DNA of 64,000 nucleotides from the IMG/VR virus record IMGVR_UViG_3300044646_001937, positions 62,001-126,000 of that record. One strand, given 5' to 3'. The notes under the pieces were generated by a model. It was not told the origin of the DNA and did no database searches. It saw only the letters and a list, made by a program, of their open reading frames with translations. Shown here in pieces: positions 1 through 10,942 of the stretch (the stretch's first letter is position 1; the number at the start of each line of letters is the position of its first letter). Both the position numbers and the translations under genes were made by a program.

Positions 1-2
1 GG

Positions 3-446
3 GGCAACAGTGCTTTTCGAAGAGCTGACAACCTACAAAGCGATGCTTTTAATAAAGCTACTGAAGGATTAAAAAACACATTTAAGTTGCCTGAACATAT
101 TGCCAGATATGGACAAAATAATCTAAAGCCTGAAGATACAATCAAAGCTGTGCAAGATACGTATCAGGGTAAATATGATACGGACGTATTCAATAGAGAG
201 CATCCTACGCTTGCAGGTATAGGCAAATGGCTCACAGAGCATAACATTAATCCTCAGCATGCCGCTCTAGCTGCTGGTGGTGCAGGATTGTTAGCAGGTG
301 GATATGGTTTGGCTAAATTGCTTGGTAACAATAAACCTAAAGAAGAAGAACAAGAACAAGAACCTATGGATCCTAGAATGTTTATGTCGCCGCCTCCCCC
401 TCCACCGCAACCGCAAAGAGGACCATACAATATAGTATTTAATTAA
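3..446 (+). CDS. 5'-truncated hypothetical protein with glycine-zipper helix and Pro/Gln tail
   Basis: Frame is open from position 3 (GNSAFRRAD...) through the 87..446 ORF; contains AALAAGGAGLLAGGYGLAKLLG. Confidence 0.75.
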   Translation, partial: GNSAFRRADNLQSDAFNKATEGLKNTFKLPEHIARYGQNNLKPEDTIKAVQDTYQGKYDTDVFNREHPTLAGIGKWLTEHNINPQHAALAAGGAGLLAGGYGLAKLLGNNKPKEEEQEQEPMDPRMFMSPPPPPPQPQRGPYNIVFN

Positions 447-447
447 T

Positions 448-1308
448 ATGAACACACAAGAACAAGCATATCTAAACGGGTTCATTAAAAAAGCTGCAAG
501 CTATGGTGTAGACGCAGATACTGCGTTTGCTATACTAAAGATGGCTAATGATGGTCCTCAGCTAATAAGTGGAGGTGGGAGTCTTATAAATTCGTCAACC
601 TCTAAACCAACGCCAGAACCAACAAGTTTAACTGGACTTAAAGGATCAGGTACAGGAATGATGGCTCCAGGAAACGGATTTGAAAGAGGGTTTAAAAACA
701 TGATGGAAAGCTTTAGACCTGCACCTAAACCTATCAGTGGTGGAAGCTCTTTTGCGTCAGCGCCAGCTCAGCAATCTGCAGCCCCTGCAGGACCTTCCAG
801 CAAACCAGGAACTGGCGGCCTGATAGATACGTCAGGAAAATTGACGCTTACACCTAATAGTCCAATCTCAACTACAACTCCGTTAATTCAAGGTGGCGCT
901 AGTACGTTTGCAAGCAATCAAGGAACTCTTCCCCAAGCCTCTACACCTAAACCTAGTCAGTCTGCAGCAGGCATGAATGAGGGGTTGGCTTCACATATGC
1001 ATCTTAATGAGTTGCCAGCACAACCAGCAGCACCAGCTCAACAACCGCAGCAACCAGCAGCTCAACCTAGCGCTGGACCTAGTGACGCTTTCTTAAGAAA
1101 GATTATGGGAAGCTATGATCCTAACAGTAAAGTAGACAGAGCTCAAGCAGATAGGGTGAGACAGTTATATGCTCAAGGCAAAACAACTGCAAAGGATATC
1201 TACGGTTCTCCTGAGTATCAAATAAACAGAGAAGCTCTAGGAGCTAGAAAAGGAGCCAACAGATCTGCGTATAGCGGATTAAAGCCTGCTCCTGGCATTC
1301 CTAGATAA
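448..1308 (+). CDS. low-complexity K-x-A motif protein (putative virion internal protein)
   Basis: 286 aa, P/Q/A/S/G rich; N-terminal AYLNGFIKKAASYG module resembles modules in 52565..55045. Confidence 0.7.
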   Translation: MNTQEQAYLNGFIKKAASYGVDADTAFAILKMANDGPQLISGGGSLINSSTSKPTPEPTSLTGLKGSGTGMMAPGNGFERGFKNMMESFRPAPKPISGGSSFASAPAQQSAAPAGPSSKPGTGGLIDTSGKLTLTPNSPISTTTPLIQGGASTFASNQGTLPQASTPKPSQSAAGMNEGLASHMHLNELPAQPAAPAQQPQQPAAQPSAGPSDAFLRKIMGSYDPNSKVDRAQADRVRQLYAQGKTTAKDIYGSPEYQINREALGARKGANRSAYSGLKPAPGIPR

Positions 1309-1325
1309 TCTAATATGATAAAAAG

Positions 1326-1356
1326 AAAAGACCTATCGAAAGGTAGGTCTTTTTTT
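1326..1356 (+). terminator. intrinsic terminator, probably bidirectional
   Basis: AGACCTATC-GAAA-GGTAGGTCT 9-bp stem, GNRA loop, 3' T-tract and 5' A-tract. Confidence 0.85.
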
Positions 1357-1368
1357 GTATAATAGTTT

Positions 1369-2907
1369 ATGTTTAAAGAAGCAATAGATGTCAAAAATCT
1401 TCCAGCATATGAGATGTATTCTGACAGCTCATATCCTACGAAGACTATTGAAAATCCATATCTGAGAACATTAGCTCATGTTGCTTTTGGAAATAACATA
1501 GCACCATTTAGAAGAGATGGTGAAGACATGCGAGACGCTATGCTTAGAAGAGATAGAAGTATAGACCTTGCCAAATTGAAAGGTAAATCACTACTCACAA
1601 ACCCTATAGTAGAAGCTACCGGTATTAGCGAAAAGCTTTCACCTCTGACGGGAGGAAATATGAACAAAGCTATAAACAATTTGCATGAAAATTTAGCAGG
1701 TACTAACACTATGGGAGCATTTAAACAGCAATCAGCTAACGATGTAGAGGATACTATGGAAGCTTTAAAAAGTAATATATACAAAAAAGCTTTTCAGGTG
1801 ATAGAAGCTTCCACACCCACAGCTCATGGGTTTAAATTTCTGTCAGATACTATGGGAAGAGTAGGGGGGTTGCCGACTGCCTTGATGGTTGGGCAGGAAA
1901 AAACATTAGACATGCTGGGTAACCCAACTAGAAAAGATTTTAATAGTCAATTATCACACCTTCAAGCTGACCGAAGATTGAAAAACACTGTATTGAGATT
2001 AGGGCATACAGATCCTGTGAACGATATTCAAAGATTGTGGAAAAATAAAAACCTCAACCCTGCTTTAAAAGCTCTAGGAACGTTGACGGCTCCAGTGAAT
2101 GCGCTGCAAGCGTCTTTAACCAGAGCTAGTCACTACAATCCAGCTACAGATACTGCTGTAGTATATGGTAAAATTCCTGAAATTGCGCATCATGAGCTTG
2201 GGCACGCTAGAGATTTCAATAATTCTCAGCTAGGCGGACTTGGTAGAGCTGCTGGTATGTTTGCAGAAAACAAAATGATGCCTGCGGTGGCTGGTCCTGT
2301 TACTCAATTTCTCGAAACTCAAGCAAACATAGAAGCTGAAAAAGGATATAAAGGAGATAAAAAAGAATTTAGAAGAAGATTGTGGCCTGCTAGAGCTACA
2401 TACTGGGGAAATAGTTTGTTCGGTGCTGCAATGATGCATCCAGGATTAAGAGATAAAGCATTAGAATACATGACAGGCTCACCAGGAGAAGAGGGATTTG
2501 CAAAATATAGAGAAGTTGGAAACCATCCTATTGATACCTTGCTGGGAGAAGATGATGATGCAAGAGGAATGCTATTGAGAACTGCTCTTCTAATGACTGC
2601 GCCTACAGCTATATCAGCACTAGGAGGAAGATTGTTTGCTGAAACTAGAAATTTGTTTGGTAACAAGAAAACTAAGAAAGCTGAACTGGTAGAAGCTATC
2701 AAACACAAGATAGCTAAAGATCTTTTAGAGGGAGGCAAGGCTGACAATATGCCTGATTCTAGATATCCTAAAAAAGAATTGCTCAAAGGGCTAGCTCACG
2801 AGAAAGAGCATGTGAAGAATCCACAGATTGCTAAAGAAATAGCAAAAGATCATCTGGAAGAAACAGGCTCTTATTATACAAAACTCGAAAAAGCTAAAAT
2901 AGATTGA
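1369..2907 (+). CDS. HExxH metallopeptidase-like domain fused to C-terminal DUF5661-like domain
   Basis: HHELGH at about 2188-2205; C-terminus GLAHEKEH...IAKEIAKDHLEE...YYTKLEK matches the DUF5661 pattern as I recall it. Confidence 0.6.
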   Translation: MFKEAIDVKNLPAYEMYSDSSYPTKTIENPYLRTLAHVAFGNNIAPFRRDGEDMRDAMLRRDRSIDLAKLKGKSLLTNPIVEATGISEKLSPLTGGNMNKAINNLHENLAGTNTMGAFKQQSANDVEDTMEALKSNIYKKAFQVIEASTPTAHGFKFLSDTMGRVGGLPTALMVGQEKTLDMLGNPTRKDFNSQLSHLQADRRLKNTVLRLGHTDPVNDIQRLWKNKNLNPALKALGTLTAPVNALQASLTRASHYNPATDTAVVYGKIPEIAHHELGHARDFNNSQLGGLGRAAGMFAENKMMPAVAGPVTQFLETQANIEAEKGYKGDKKEFRRRLWPARATYWGNSLFGAAMMHPGLRDKALEYMTGSPGEEGFAKYREVGNHPIDTLLGEDDDARGMLLRTALLMTAPTAISALGGRLFAETRNLFGNKKTKKAELVEAIKHKIAKDLLEGGKADNMPDSRYPKKELLKGLAHEKEHVKNPQIAKEIAKDHLEETGSYYTKLEKAKID

Positions 2908-2957
2908 TTTTCTAGATAGGAATTGAAAATCATAGACGTATAATATAGTATATAGTG

Positions 2958-4721
2958 ATGATTGACCAAACAAAAACAATACCACAGTTAGATCCGGCAG
3001 TATCTTTGACAGACCAGGATTTGCTGATTGTGCACCAGGGTGCGCTAGATGGTATTGGAGGAGAGACAAAGAATTTTACACTAACATTACTAAGACAGGC
3101 TATTCTTGGCTCTTCTGAAAGCACAGCCAGAGAAGTAGAATTGCGTAATAATGGGCAGTATCTACAGTGGAGATATGTTGGCGACAGTAATTGGATAAAC
3201 CTTGTAGCAGTGGCTACATTGACTGGAGCTATTGGCGCTACAGGAGCTACCGGCGACACAGGATTAAGAGGACTTACAGGAAGCACAGGAGCCACTGGTA
3301 ATCAGGGAAGTACTGGTGATCATGGCAGTACTGGTGCAACAGGACCTAGCGGGCTTCAGGGAGCTTCTGGGGTTTCTGACAAATATCAGACCACATCCAA
3401 TACCCCATTAACTATTGGTGACGGTGTTAATAGTCAGCAAACTCTCACAGTAGGGTTAGGGTTAAGCTATACTATCAATCAAACATTGCTGATCTCTCAT
3501 CCATCAGAGACAGGCAAACATATGCATGGCGCTGTCAGCAGCTATAATCCTGCTACTGGTGAGCTAATTGTAGATATTACCTATCATAGCGGTAGTGGTA
3601 GCTATAGTAGCTGGATTGTTAATCTTGATGGTGCTGTAGGTGTTATGGGTAGCACCGGAGCTACAGGGGCTACCGGATATGGAGCTACTGGTGCTACAGG
3701 TCTAACTGGGGCAACAGGTCCTGCTGGGTCTAATTTTACAGTTCATCCTAACAGTGGTCTAGAATATCAGAACAGTGTACTCACAACTATCTATAACACA
3801 CTAATAGCTGACAGCGTTAATAGTGTTGCTGTAGGTGGTGCGGCTACTGCAGCTGCTGCTGCATGGAAAGCTAAGTCTCTTGTGGACGTTTTGGATACTA
3901 TTCTTTTTCCTGATATAGCTCCTACTTATACTGTACCTAGTATAAGTATAACTTATACGCAATCTGGTATACTAGAAATAGGTACACCTATTAATCAGAC
4001 TATTACAGTCACAGCTACCGAGAATGATGCTGATGCTTTCTCATATCTTTCAGTAAATCGTGACGGATCTTCAATATACAATTCTAATAGTCCTACAATA
4101 CAGTCAGCCTCAGACATAGGTGCACAGTATGGTTATGATAATCCTAATAACCCTAATAGAAAATATGTAGTTTCTCACACAGATACTACTGGCACAGTTT
4201 CAAGCAATACTGTCTCATGGAACGCTACTGGTAACTATGGTGCTGGACTAGCTAAAAATAATAATAAAGGAATTACTGATGCTAGAGCAGCTCTAGTTCG
4301 TTCTACCAATGCCCCTCAAGCAGCAAGCACGGGGTTTTCTTCTTCTAGTGTGAGTGTGTCAGGGATATATCCATACTTCTATGGTAAATCTAGTACATTA
4401 CCTACCGCCGCAGCTATTGCCGCTTTGATATCTGCAAACTCAGGACACAAAGTTCTATCCAGCGCTTCAGATAATATCACTGTAACTTTTAATGCTGCTG
4501 CCGAATACATCTGGCTAGCTGTACATAGCAGTTATCAGGCAAAGACCAAATGGTATAACACAGGATTGAACAATGGAAGTATAGGAGCCGGTCAATTTAT
4601 TCTAGCTCCTGTTCAATACGCAATAGACTCACCTCAATCACTTTGGTCAGGTGAAGCATATGATATTTATATAAGTTCTGGAGCAACTAACACAGAAGGC
4701 TCGATTATTTTTCAAAACTAG
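2958..4721 (+). CDS. collagen-like fibre protein
   Basis: GAT/GST Gly-X-Y tracts; ELRNNGQYLQWRYVGD motif of phage collagen proteins; C-terminal ~300 aa paralogous to 4764..7211. ATG 2958 preferred over GTG 2955. Confidence 0.75.
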   Translation: MIDQTKTIPQLDPAVSLTDQDLLIVHQGALDGIGGETKNFTLTLLRQAILGSSESTAREVELRNNGQYLQWRYVGDSNWINLVAVATLTGAIGATGATGDTGLRGLTGSTGATGNQGSTGDHGSTGATGPSGLQGASGVSDKYQTTSNTPLTIGDGVNSQQTLTVGLGLSYTINQTLLISHPSETGKHMHGAVSSYNPATGELIVDITYHSGSGSYSSWIVNLDGAVGVMGSTGATGATGYGATGATGLTGATGPAGSNFTVHPNSGLEYQNSVLTTIYNTLIADSVNSVAVGGAATAAAAAWKAKSLVDVLDTILFPDIAPTYTVPSISITYTQSGILEIGTPINQTITVTATENDADAFSYLSVNRDGSSIYNSNSPTIQSASDIGAQYGYDNPNNPNRKYVVSHTDTTGTVSSNTVSWNATGNYGAGLAKNNNKGITDARAALVRSTNAPQAASTGFSSSSVSVSGIYPYFYGKSSTLPTAAAIAALISANSGHKVLSSASDNITVTFNAAAEYIWLAVHSSYQAKTKWYNTGLNNGSIGAGQFILAPVQYAIDSPQSLWSGEAYDIYISSGATNTEGSIIFQN

Positions 4722-4763
4722 TATATAATACTATAAAACTAACAAACAACCAGGAGTAACGAT

Positions 4764-7211
4764 ATGTCGATTCTATTAAATGACAACTTAAATGTAGCAG
4801 CACAGAAACCAACAGATGCAAGGTACGGTCCATGGGCCAGTACAGTAGCTGCACTAGCTGGAATTCCAGCATTTCAACGCTATAAAGGTCTTACTGTAGG
4901 CGTTCTGGTTGGTGGAGTTGTTAATGAATACTGGTTTGATGATGGTATTGCTGACAGCGATCTGGTAATTAAGATTGTTGCTGGCAATAATGGAGCCACT
5001 GGCGCTACAGGACAGTCTGGCGAACAAGGGTCTACTGGAGCTACAGGTGAAGTTGGTCCTAGCGGGGCCACTGGAGCTACAGGTGAAGTTGGACCTAGCG
5101 GAGCTACAGGCGCTACAGGTGAACAAGGCTCGACTGGGGCTACAGGTCAAGCTGGTGAGCAAGGCTCTACAGGGGCAACAGGTGAATTAGGTTCTACAGG
5201 TGCTACTGGTGAAGTTGGTCCTACTGGCAGCACTGGCGCTACCGGACCTAAAGGTGATACAGGTTTAGGCTTTAGCGTATTTACTACAGGAGACACATTA
5301 GGCGACTTGTCTCTTGGTACAAACGCAAACATTGGTCAGTTTGGTTTGGTTAAAGGTGGAGAGATGTATGTTTACATGGGTGCAGGAGCTGGAGCTACTG
5401 GACCTGGTGATAGCTATAATTATGTTAGCGATCTTACTGTTGAGTCGTTATTGATTGGTTCTACTGGTGCTACAGGACAGTCTGGCGAGCAAGGATCTAC
5501 TGGTGCTACTGGAGAACTAGGTTCAACAGGTGCCACAGGTGAGGTCGGACCTAGCGGAGCCACAGGTGCCACAGGTGAGGTCGGACCTAGCGGAGCCACA
5601 GGTGCCACAGGTGAAGTTGGTCCTAGTGGAGCTACTGGCGCTACAGGTGAACAAGGCTCCACCGGCGCAACTGGGCAAGCTGGTGAACAGGGTTCTACTG
5701 GAGCTACTGGAGAATTAGGTTCTACGGGTGCTACTGGCGTTGCTGGCCCTAGCGGGGCCACTGGAGCTACAGGTGAAGTTGGTCCTAGCGGGGCCACTGG
5801 AGCTACAGGTGAAGTTGGACCTAGCGGAGCCACAGGTGCCACAGGTGAATTGGGGTCTACTGGCGCTACCGGTGTTCAGGGACCTACAGGGGCAAGCGGT
5901 GTATCCGATAGATACTTATCTACATCTACCACAGAGTTGACTATCGGTGATGGTCCTTTAGCAGATGGAATACAAACACTCACAGTTCAGACAGGTTTAA
6001 GCTACTCAATCAATCAGGACATCACCATATCGCATCCCACAGACATAACCAAGCACATGCATGGTTTTGTGGTTAGCTATAACTCTGGTACAGGTGTATT
6101 GGTTGCAAATATTGTTGAGCATGCAGGTACGGGAACATATTCTAGTTGGACAGTAAACCTGGATGGCGCTGTCGGTGCTATGGGTAGTACTGGTGCAACT
6201 GGTGCTGCAGGTATTGATGGTCCTACAGGCGCTACAGGAGCAGATGCTAGCAACAGTTTGTACAATACTAGTATAGCGACACAGGTAATGAGTGTGCTTG
6301 TCGGTGGAGCGCAACCTGCGTTGGCTGGAGATTGGAACGATCTGACAATTACGCAGGTGTTGGATGCAATCTTGTTCCCAACATTAAATCCTTCCTACAC
6401 AATTCCTACTATCAATTTGAGTACATCACAGACTGGTACAAAGGAAATTGGTTCTACTGTAAGTCAGACTCTTAACCTGGTTGGAACTAAGAATGATGCT
6501 GGTGCGTTTACAGCACTCACTATTTCTAGAACAGGTGGAGCTGGTGCTGGTACATTAACCACAACATCTAGTCCAACAATTGCATCAGCTACAGACATTG
6601 ATGATCAATATGGGTATGCAAATCCTAACAACCCTAACAAAACATATACTCTATCATATAACGAAGACTATGTGGTTGTAGATGGAACTACCAGCTGGAC
6701 TGGTAAAGGTGATTACTCTGCTGGAGCAGCTAAAAAGAATAACAAGGGAGATGACGACACTAGAACAGCTCTAGTTAGAAACTCTGGTACTCCTCAGGCA
6801 GCTGATACAAATTTTGGAGCTGATACAGACTCTATTACAGGTATCTATCCTTACTTCTATGGTAAGGTAAGCACTCAACCCTCTGCAGCAGACATTGCTG
6901 GACATATTCAGCAAGGTACCGGCGGATCTACTAAAGTTTTGGCTAGTGCAAACGGTACAGTATCTGTCACGTTCGCTGCTACAAACCACTATATCTGGCT
7001 AGCTGTTCCAGCAACCGCTACACTGAAGACCAAATGGTACAATACAGGAATTAATAATGGAGATATTGGCAACCCTGGAGACTTTATTCTTGCTCCAGAT
7101 GCACACGATGTGACTTCTCCTAACGGCTATTGGAGTGGTGTGAGTTATAACATTTATATCAGTTCAGGAGCAACGCAGACTACAGGAGCACACGAGTTTA
7201 GAAATAGTTAA
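4764..7211 (+). CDS. collagen-like fibre protein with two long Gly-X-Y blocks
   Basis: 815 aa; 31 and 50 uninterrupted triplets; AGGAG SD upstream. Confidence 0.8.
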   Translation: MSILLNDNLNVAAQKPTDARYGPWASTVAALAGIPAFQRYKGLTVGVLVGGVVNEYWFDDGIADSDLVIKIVAGNNGATGATGQSGEQGSTGATGEVGPSGATGATGEVGPSGATGATGEQGSTGATGQAGEQGSTGATGELGSTGATGEVGPTGSTGATGPKGDTGLGFSVFTTGDTLGDLSLGTNANIGQFGLVKGGEMYVYMGAGAGATGPGDSYNYVSDLTVESLLIGSTGATGQSGEQGSTGATGELGSTGATGEVGPSGATGATGEVGPSGATGATGEVGPSGATGATGEQGSTGATGQAGEQGSTGATGELGSTGATGVAGPSGATGATGEVGPSGATGATGEVGPSGATGATGELGSTGATGVQGPTGASGVSDRYLSTSTTELTIGDGPLADGIQTLTVQTGLSYSINQDITISHPTDITKHMHGFVVSYNSGTGVLVANIVEHAGTGTYSSWTVNLDGAVGAMGSTGATGAAGIDGPTGATGADASNSLYNTSIATQVMSVLVGGAQPALAGDWNDLTITQVLDAILFPTLNPSYTIPTINLSTSQTGTKEIGSTVSQTLNLVGTKNDAGAFTALTISRTGGAGAGTLTTTSSPTIASATDIDDQYGYANPNNPNKTYTLSYNEDYVVVDGTTSWTGKGDYSAGAAKKNNKGDDDTRTALVRNSGTPQAADTNFGADTDSITGIYPYFYGKVSTQPSAADIAGHIQQGTGGSTKVLASANGTVSVTFAATNHYIWLAVPATATLKTKWYNTGINNGDIGNPGDFILAPDAHDVTSPNGYWSGVSYNIYISSGATQTTGAHEFRNS
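4983..5261 (+). repeat. collagen Gly-X-Y block 1 (31 triplets)
   Basis: [18 protein letters not shown] ... GPK GDT counted from translation. Confidence 0.9.
5457..5906 (+). repeat. collagen Gly-X-Y block 2 (50 triplets) with 36-nt tandem units
   Basis: Two perfect 36-nt copies at 5538-5573 and 5574-5609 ([12 protein letters not shown]) plus degenerate copies. Confidence 0.9.
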
Positions 7212-7251
7212 TATTTGCTGTAAAAGATTTCTTTTATGACTAGAATATATT

Positions 7252-9165
7252 ATGGCAATTCTATTAAACGACAATTTAAAGATAGCGTTAGCTAAACCTG
7301 TAGATAGCAGATACGGTCCTTATGTAGACACTCAAACAGCCCTGAATTCGATACCTTCTTTTCAAAGGTATCCAGGGCTTGTTGTAGGTATTAGAGATAG
7401 CGGTGATGTTACAGAATACTGGTTCAAAGACGGCGTCATTGAGCTTGTTCCAAAGATCTCGGCTACATCAGCTGGGGATTGGCAGGTAATATCGACTAGC
7501 TCTAGTGTGGCAGACAATAGCTATGTAATTGCCGATTCTTCATCCGCAGGATTTACATTAACATTATCAGCTTCTCCTGTAAGCGGATCATATGTTTGGA
7601 TTCAGGATGCTAAAGGATCGTGGGAGGCTAATAATGTTATTGTAGACCCTAATGGTAATCAAATCGTAGGGTTAAGCGACTCGTTGTCTTTAAACGTGTC
7701 TAACTCTATCGTACTGCTTACATATGTAGGTGGAGATGTTGGTTGGGATGTTAAAAATGTTGCTGGTGATTTCTCTGACTATCTTACAGGAATAATCGGA
7801 GCTACAGGCGCAACTGGGGTAGGTATCTTGCCGTTGACCACTGCCGCATTAGGTTCTTTTGGAGGCAGCTCACAAATTCCAAGCCTTACTATTGATGAAT
7901 ATGGTAGAGTAGTGAGTGCTAGCAATAACAGTATTACTCCTCAGGGTATTGGAGCACTAGGTACTGCTGATATCATAGGTATAACAAAAGGAGGAACAGG
8001 AAGCACAGCAGCAGCTGCAGCGTTAACTGCTTTAGGCGCTCAAGCAGCTTTAACTAGTGCTGCTCCATTATCTATAGCACAAGGCGGAACTGGGGCTAGC
8101 ACTGAAGAAGCTTCAAAAATGGCTTTGGCTGGAGTTATCCCAATATCAATTAGACATAACAATGCTTTAACTCTCGCTACCGTAGGCACTTTAAATGGAG
8201 CTACATGGACGATCAATTCGAACATAGTGCAATACACGTCTTTTACGCAAGCAGCTTCAGCGGGAAATGCTCCCTTGGCTATTTATCAAGCTGTTTCTCA
8301 AGTAGGTATTGCAAATATGGTGATAATTGCTATAGATACAGAGAATAAAACTATCACACTTAACAATAACGCAACTGTATCTGGAACTGGAACTGTAACT
8401 GTTCAAAACTCTACATTAAACGAGATAACATTTACAGCCGGCACATCGCCAAATACTCTTGATGGTAGAGCTTTATCTATAGGTGAATCTGTTTTATTGA
8501 CGGCTCAAGCATGTGCAGTGCATCAAGGGCCTTGGCTGGTTAAAACGCTAGGCGCATCTGGTGTTTGCGGAGTTTTTGAAAGACCTTCTTGGTTTGCTGG
8601 CGGGCAGCTATTAAAAACAGCTATGATATTTGGTGCGCAATATGGATCTTCGAATGCAGGATTCACTATAACTATTGCGCCAAATGTTGGTTCAAATAAT
8701 TGTGTTATAGGTACAGGAAATCTTTCAGCCAACACACTCTCAAATAAATCAACTATTGTATCAGTTAACAACACTACGGCTTTTTCAGCTAGGCAGACTT
8801 TTGTTGCAAACTCATCAACCGTTAATCCTTACTCATTTCAAGCATCAACTACGCAATTATCTACTTTGCTCGCTCATGCTGTAGAGTGGGACAGTAATTT
8901 AATGTATATTACTCCTGGAGCTTTAAGTACAGCTAATCTTAGAAGAACAATTAATGCTGGTTATATTCCTGCATTAACTAGCGCAGATATTCTTACTCTG
9001 GGTGCAGCACAATCTACAATACAAGCCAACGCATTAACATCTACAATGCAAGGCGTGTTAGGTCAGACAATTCTAGATGCTGTAAACGATGCTTTATATG
9101 TCTGTACAGGTACAGGGGCAGCAGGTGCAGCTAAATGGAGGAAAGTTTCTTTATCTACTTTCTAA
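7252..9165 (+). CDS. tail fibre-like protein
   Basis: N-terminus paralogous to 4764 ORF (ILLNDNL...RYGP); ADSS.GFTLTL.ASP..G..VWIQD module resembling T4 gp34-type fibre repeats. Confidence 0.7.
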   Translation: MAILLNDNLKIALAKPVDSRYGPYVDTQTALNSIPSFQRYPGLVVGIRDSGDVTEYWFKDGVIELVPKISATSAGDWQVISTSSSVADNSYVIADSSSAGFTLTLSASPVSGSYVWIQDAKGSWEANNVIVDPNGNQIVGLSDSLSLNVSNSIVLLTYVGGDVGWDVKNVAGDFSDYLTGIIGATGATGVGILPLTTAALGSFGGSSQIPSLTIDEYGRVVSASNNSITPQGIGALGTADIIGITKGGTGSTAAAAALTALGAQAALTSAAPLSIAQGGTGASTEEASKMALAGVIPISIRHNNALTLATVGTLNGATWTINSNIVQYTSFTQAASAGNAPLAIYQAVSQVGIANMVIIAIDTENKTITLNNNATVSGTGTVTVQNSTLNEITFTAGTSPNTLDGRALSIGESVLLTAQACAVHQGPWLVKTLGASGVCGVFERPSWFAGGQLLKTAMIFGAQYGSSNAGFTITIAPNVGSNNCVIGTGNLSANTLSNKSTIVSVNNTTAFSARQTFVANSSTVNPYSFQASTTQLSTLLAHAVEWDSNLMYITPGALSTANLRRTINAGYIPALTSADILTLGAAQSTIQANALTSTMQGVLGQTILDAVNDALYVCTGTGAAGAAKWRKVSLSTF

Positions 9166-9187
9166 TATAGTTTAATATTACAGCCAT

Positions 9188-10942
9188 ATGATTTCTCTAC
9201 AAACACTTAGACCCAGATTTCAAGGACCAGATGGAGCAACAGGCTCTGTAGGAGCAACTGGTTTAATGGGTGCAACTGGGCTGGGGGCAACGGGAGCTAC
9301 TGGAAATATTGGAAGTACTGGAGCAACTGGAATTGGCGCCACAGGAGCAACTGGTGTTGGTACCGAAGGTTCGACTGGCGCTACTGGATTAACTGGAGCC
9401 ACTGGACCTGCCGGCGTTTCTGACAGATATCAAACCACATCTAATTCTAGTCTTAATGTAGATAACGGTACAAAAAACCTTGTTGTAGCGACAGACTTAA
9501 ACTATACACCTAATCAGAGTGTAATTATTTCATACATTACAGATCCTACTACACACATGGAGGGAACTGTAGTCAATTACACTTCTGGTTCAGGAGCGTT
9601 GGTGGTCAATGTAACTAGCCATAATGGCTCTGGTTCTAATCTATCTGGCTGGACTGTCAATTTAGCAGGTTCTGTTGGTTCTGTTGGCGCTACTGGATTA
9701 ACTGGCGCAACCGGTGCGGCTGGCGAAGGTAACCTTGTGTTTGGTAGTACAGGTTCTACAAGAACACTTACAGGGTTTAAAGAAAACGGCGTCACATCTA
9801 CGGTTAGAACTGCAGCGATTACCAATGGTAATCTAATACTAACTCTTGCAGCATTTACTCCTACAGTTACAGCCACATCTAATGGAACTTTAAATTGGGA
9901 TGTTGCTGCATCCTCGTTTACAGCTACTGCGGATAATCCATCTGATATTCTAGATCAATACATCAGCAGCGTTCTTTCTTTAACTCAATTAACTGGTAGC
10001 GTGTCTACAGATTTAGGTGGTTACACTGCTGGCAGCTACACAGCTAATCCAGCAGGCGGTGTGGATTGGTCTAGAACATTCACCACAAACAATTCTACTT
10101 CGTATATTAGGTCTACCTCAACTACAGCCAGCGGAGGAAGCGCTAGCGCTAGAGTTTCGTTTAACTATTACAATGGTACTGGTACAGACACATGGACTAG
10201 TACGGCTGATTTTTCTGTAAATTGGAATACTGTAAGTCATTCAATTAGTCTAGCTGCGCTTACTGGGAAAACATTCCTGCAAACATACGCTAGTTCGGCC
10301 TACACAGCATCAACAACAGGCTTAACAAATTCAGCTAATAGAGCGTTTACTGTTAGCGGAACTAACGGAACTCCGAGTAGTCTCACTGGTAGCGGTACAT
10401 TGAATTTCACTACACCGATACATAAAACTAACGCTAGCTCTACAGCAACATATGTAACACTAAGTACATTGTGCACAAGACCCGCAGCTGTTACAGGAAC
10501 TTCATATCAAGTTACACTAGGACCTACGAACAGCGCTAGCGTCAACACTGCCGCTTCTTTTACATATCCTTCTTTCTGGCTTTTCACTGCCAGTACGGGA
10601 ATAATTCCTACAAGAGCTGATATTGTGGAGGACAGCAGCCCTGGCGGATTTGAGTCTAGTGTTACTCAGCTGGGAGATCAGGTTAAAGTTTTAAGTACGC
10701 AACCTATTGTCAATTTAGATAGCAATCCTGTGGCATTCTGGTTTGCTGTAAGAGCTTCTGCAAGTCAGCCCACTTCGTTTAAAACAGGCGCTAGCGCAGG
10801 ACTACTTAGTGATGTGAGTGTGGTGGATGGCGGTACTGTAGCTCTACAACCTGATTCTGTTCCTTCAGGCTATTCTGCAGAGAACTATAGACTTTGGGGC
10901 ATCACCCTACAACCTGGAACCACTTACGTGAGTATATCATAA
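9188..10942 (+). CDS. collagen-containing fibre protein with Ser/Thr-rich beta domain
   Basis: GATG tracts; shared SDRYQTTS...WTVNLAG module. Confidence 0.7.
   Translation: MISLQTLRPRFQGPDGATGSVGATGLMGATGLGATGATGNIGSTGATGIGATGATGVGTEGSTGATGLTGATGPAGVSDRYQTTSNSSLNVDNGTKNLVVATDLNYTPNQSVIISYITDPTTHMEGTVVNYTSGSGALVVNVTSHNGSGSNLSGWTVNLAGSVGSVGATGLTGATGAAGEGNLVFGSTGSTRTLTGFKENGVTSTVRTAAITNGNLILTLAAFTPTVTATSNGTLNWDVAASSFTATADNPSDILDQYISSVLSLTQLTGSVSTDLGGYTAGSYTANPAGGVDWSRTFTTNNSTSYIRSTSTTASGGSASARVSFNYYNGTGTDTWTSTADFSVNWNTVSHSISLAALTGKTFLQTYASSAYTASTTGLTNSANRAFTVSGTNGTPSSLTGSGTLNFTTPIHKTNASSTATYVTLSTLCTRPAAVTGTSYQVTLGPTNSASVNTAASFTYPSFWLFTASTGIIPTRADIVEDSSPGGFESSVTQLGDQVKVLSTQPIVNLDSNPVAFWFAVRASASQPTSFKTGASAGLLSDVSVVDGGTVALQPDSVPSGYSAENYRLWGITLQPGTTYVSIS

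Noticed and set aside
5538-5850. 36-nt repeats as a CRISPR array
   Set aside because: Repeats are contiguous and in frame, with no unique spacers.
2930-9876. Minus-strand PVAPVAP ORFs and off-frame LELQV ORFs (e.g. 5420..5842, 9220..9402; also 46335..46529)
   Set aside because: Antisense or off-frame shadows of Gly-X-Y collagen codons.
10894-10941. Upstream starts in the ORF track (also 16863, 26954, 35957, 36844, 56445)
   Set aside because: They overlap upstream genes or promoters; downstream ATGs at stop/start junctions fit better.
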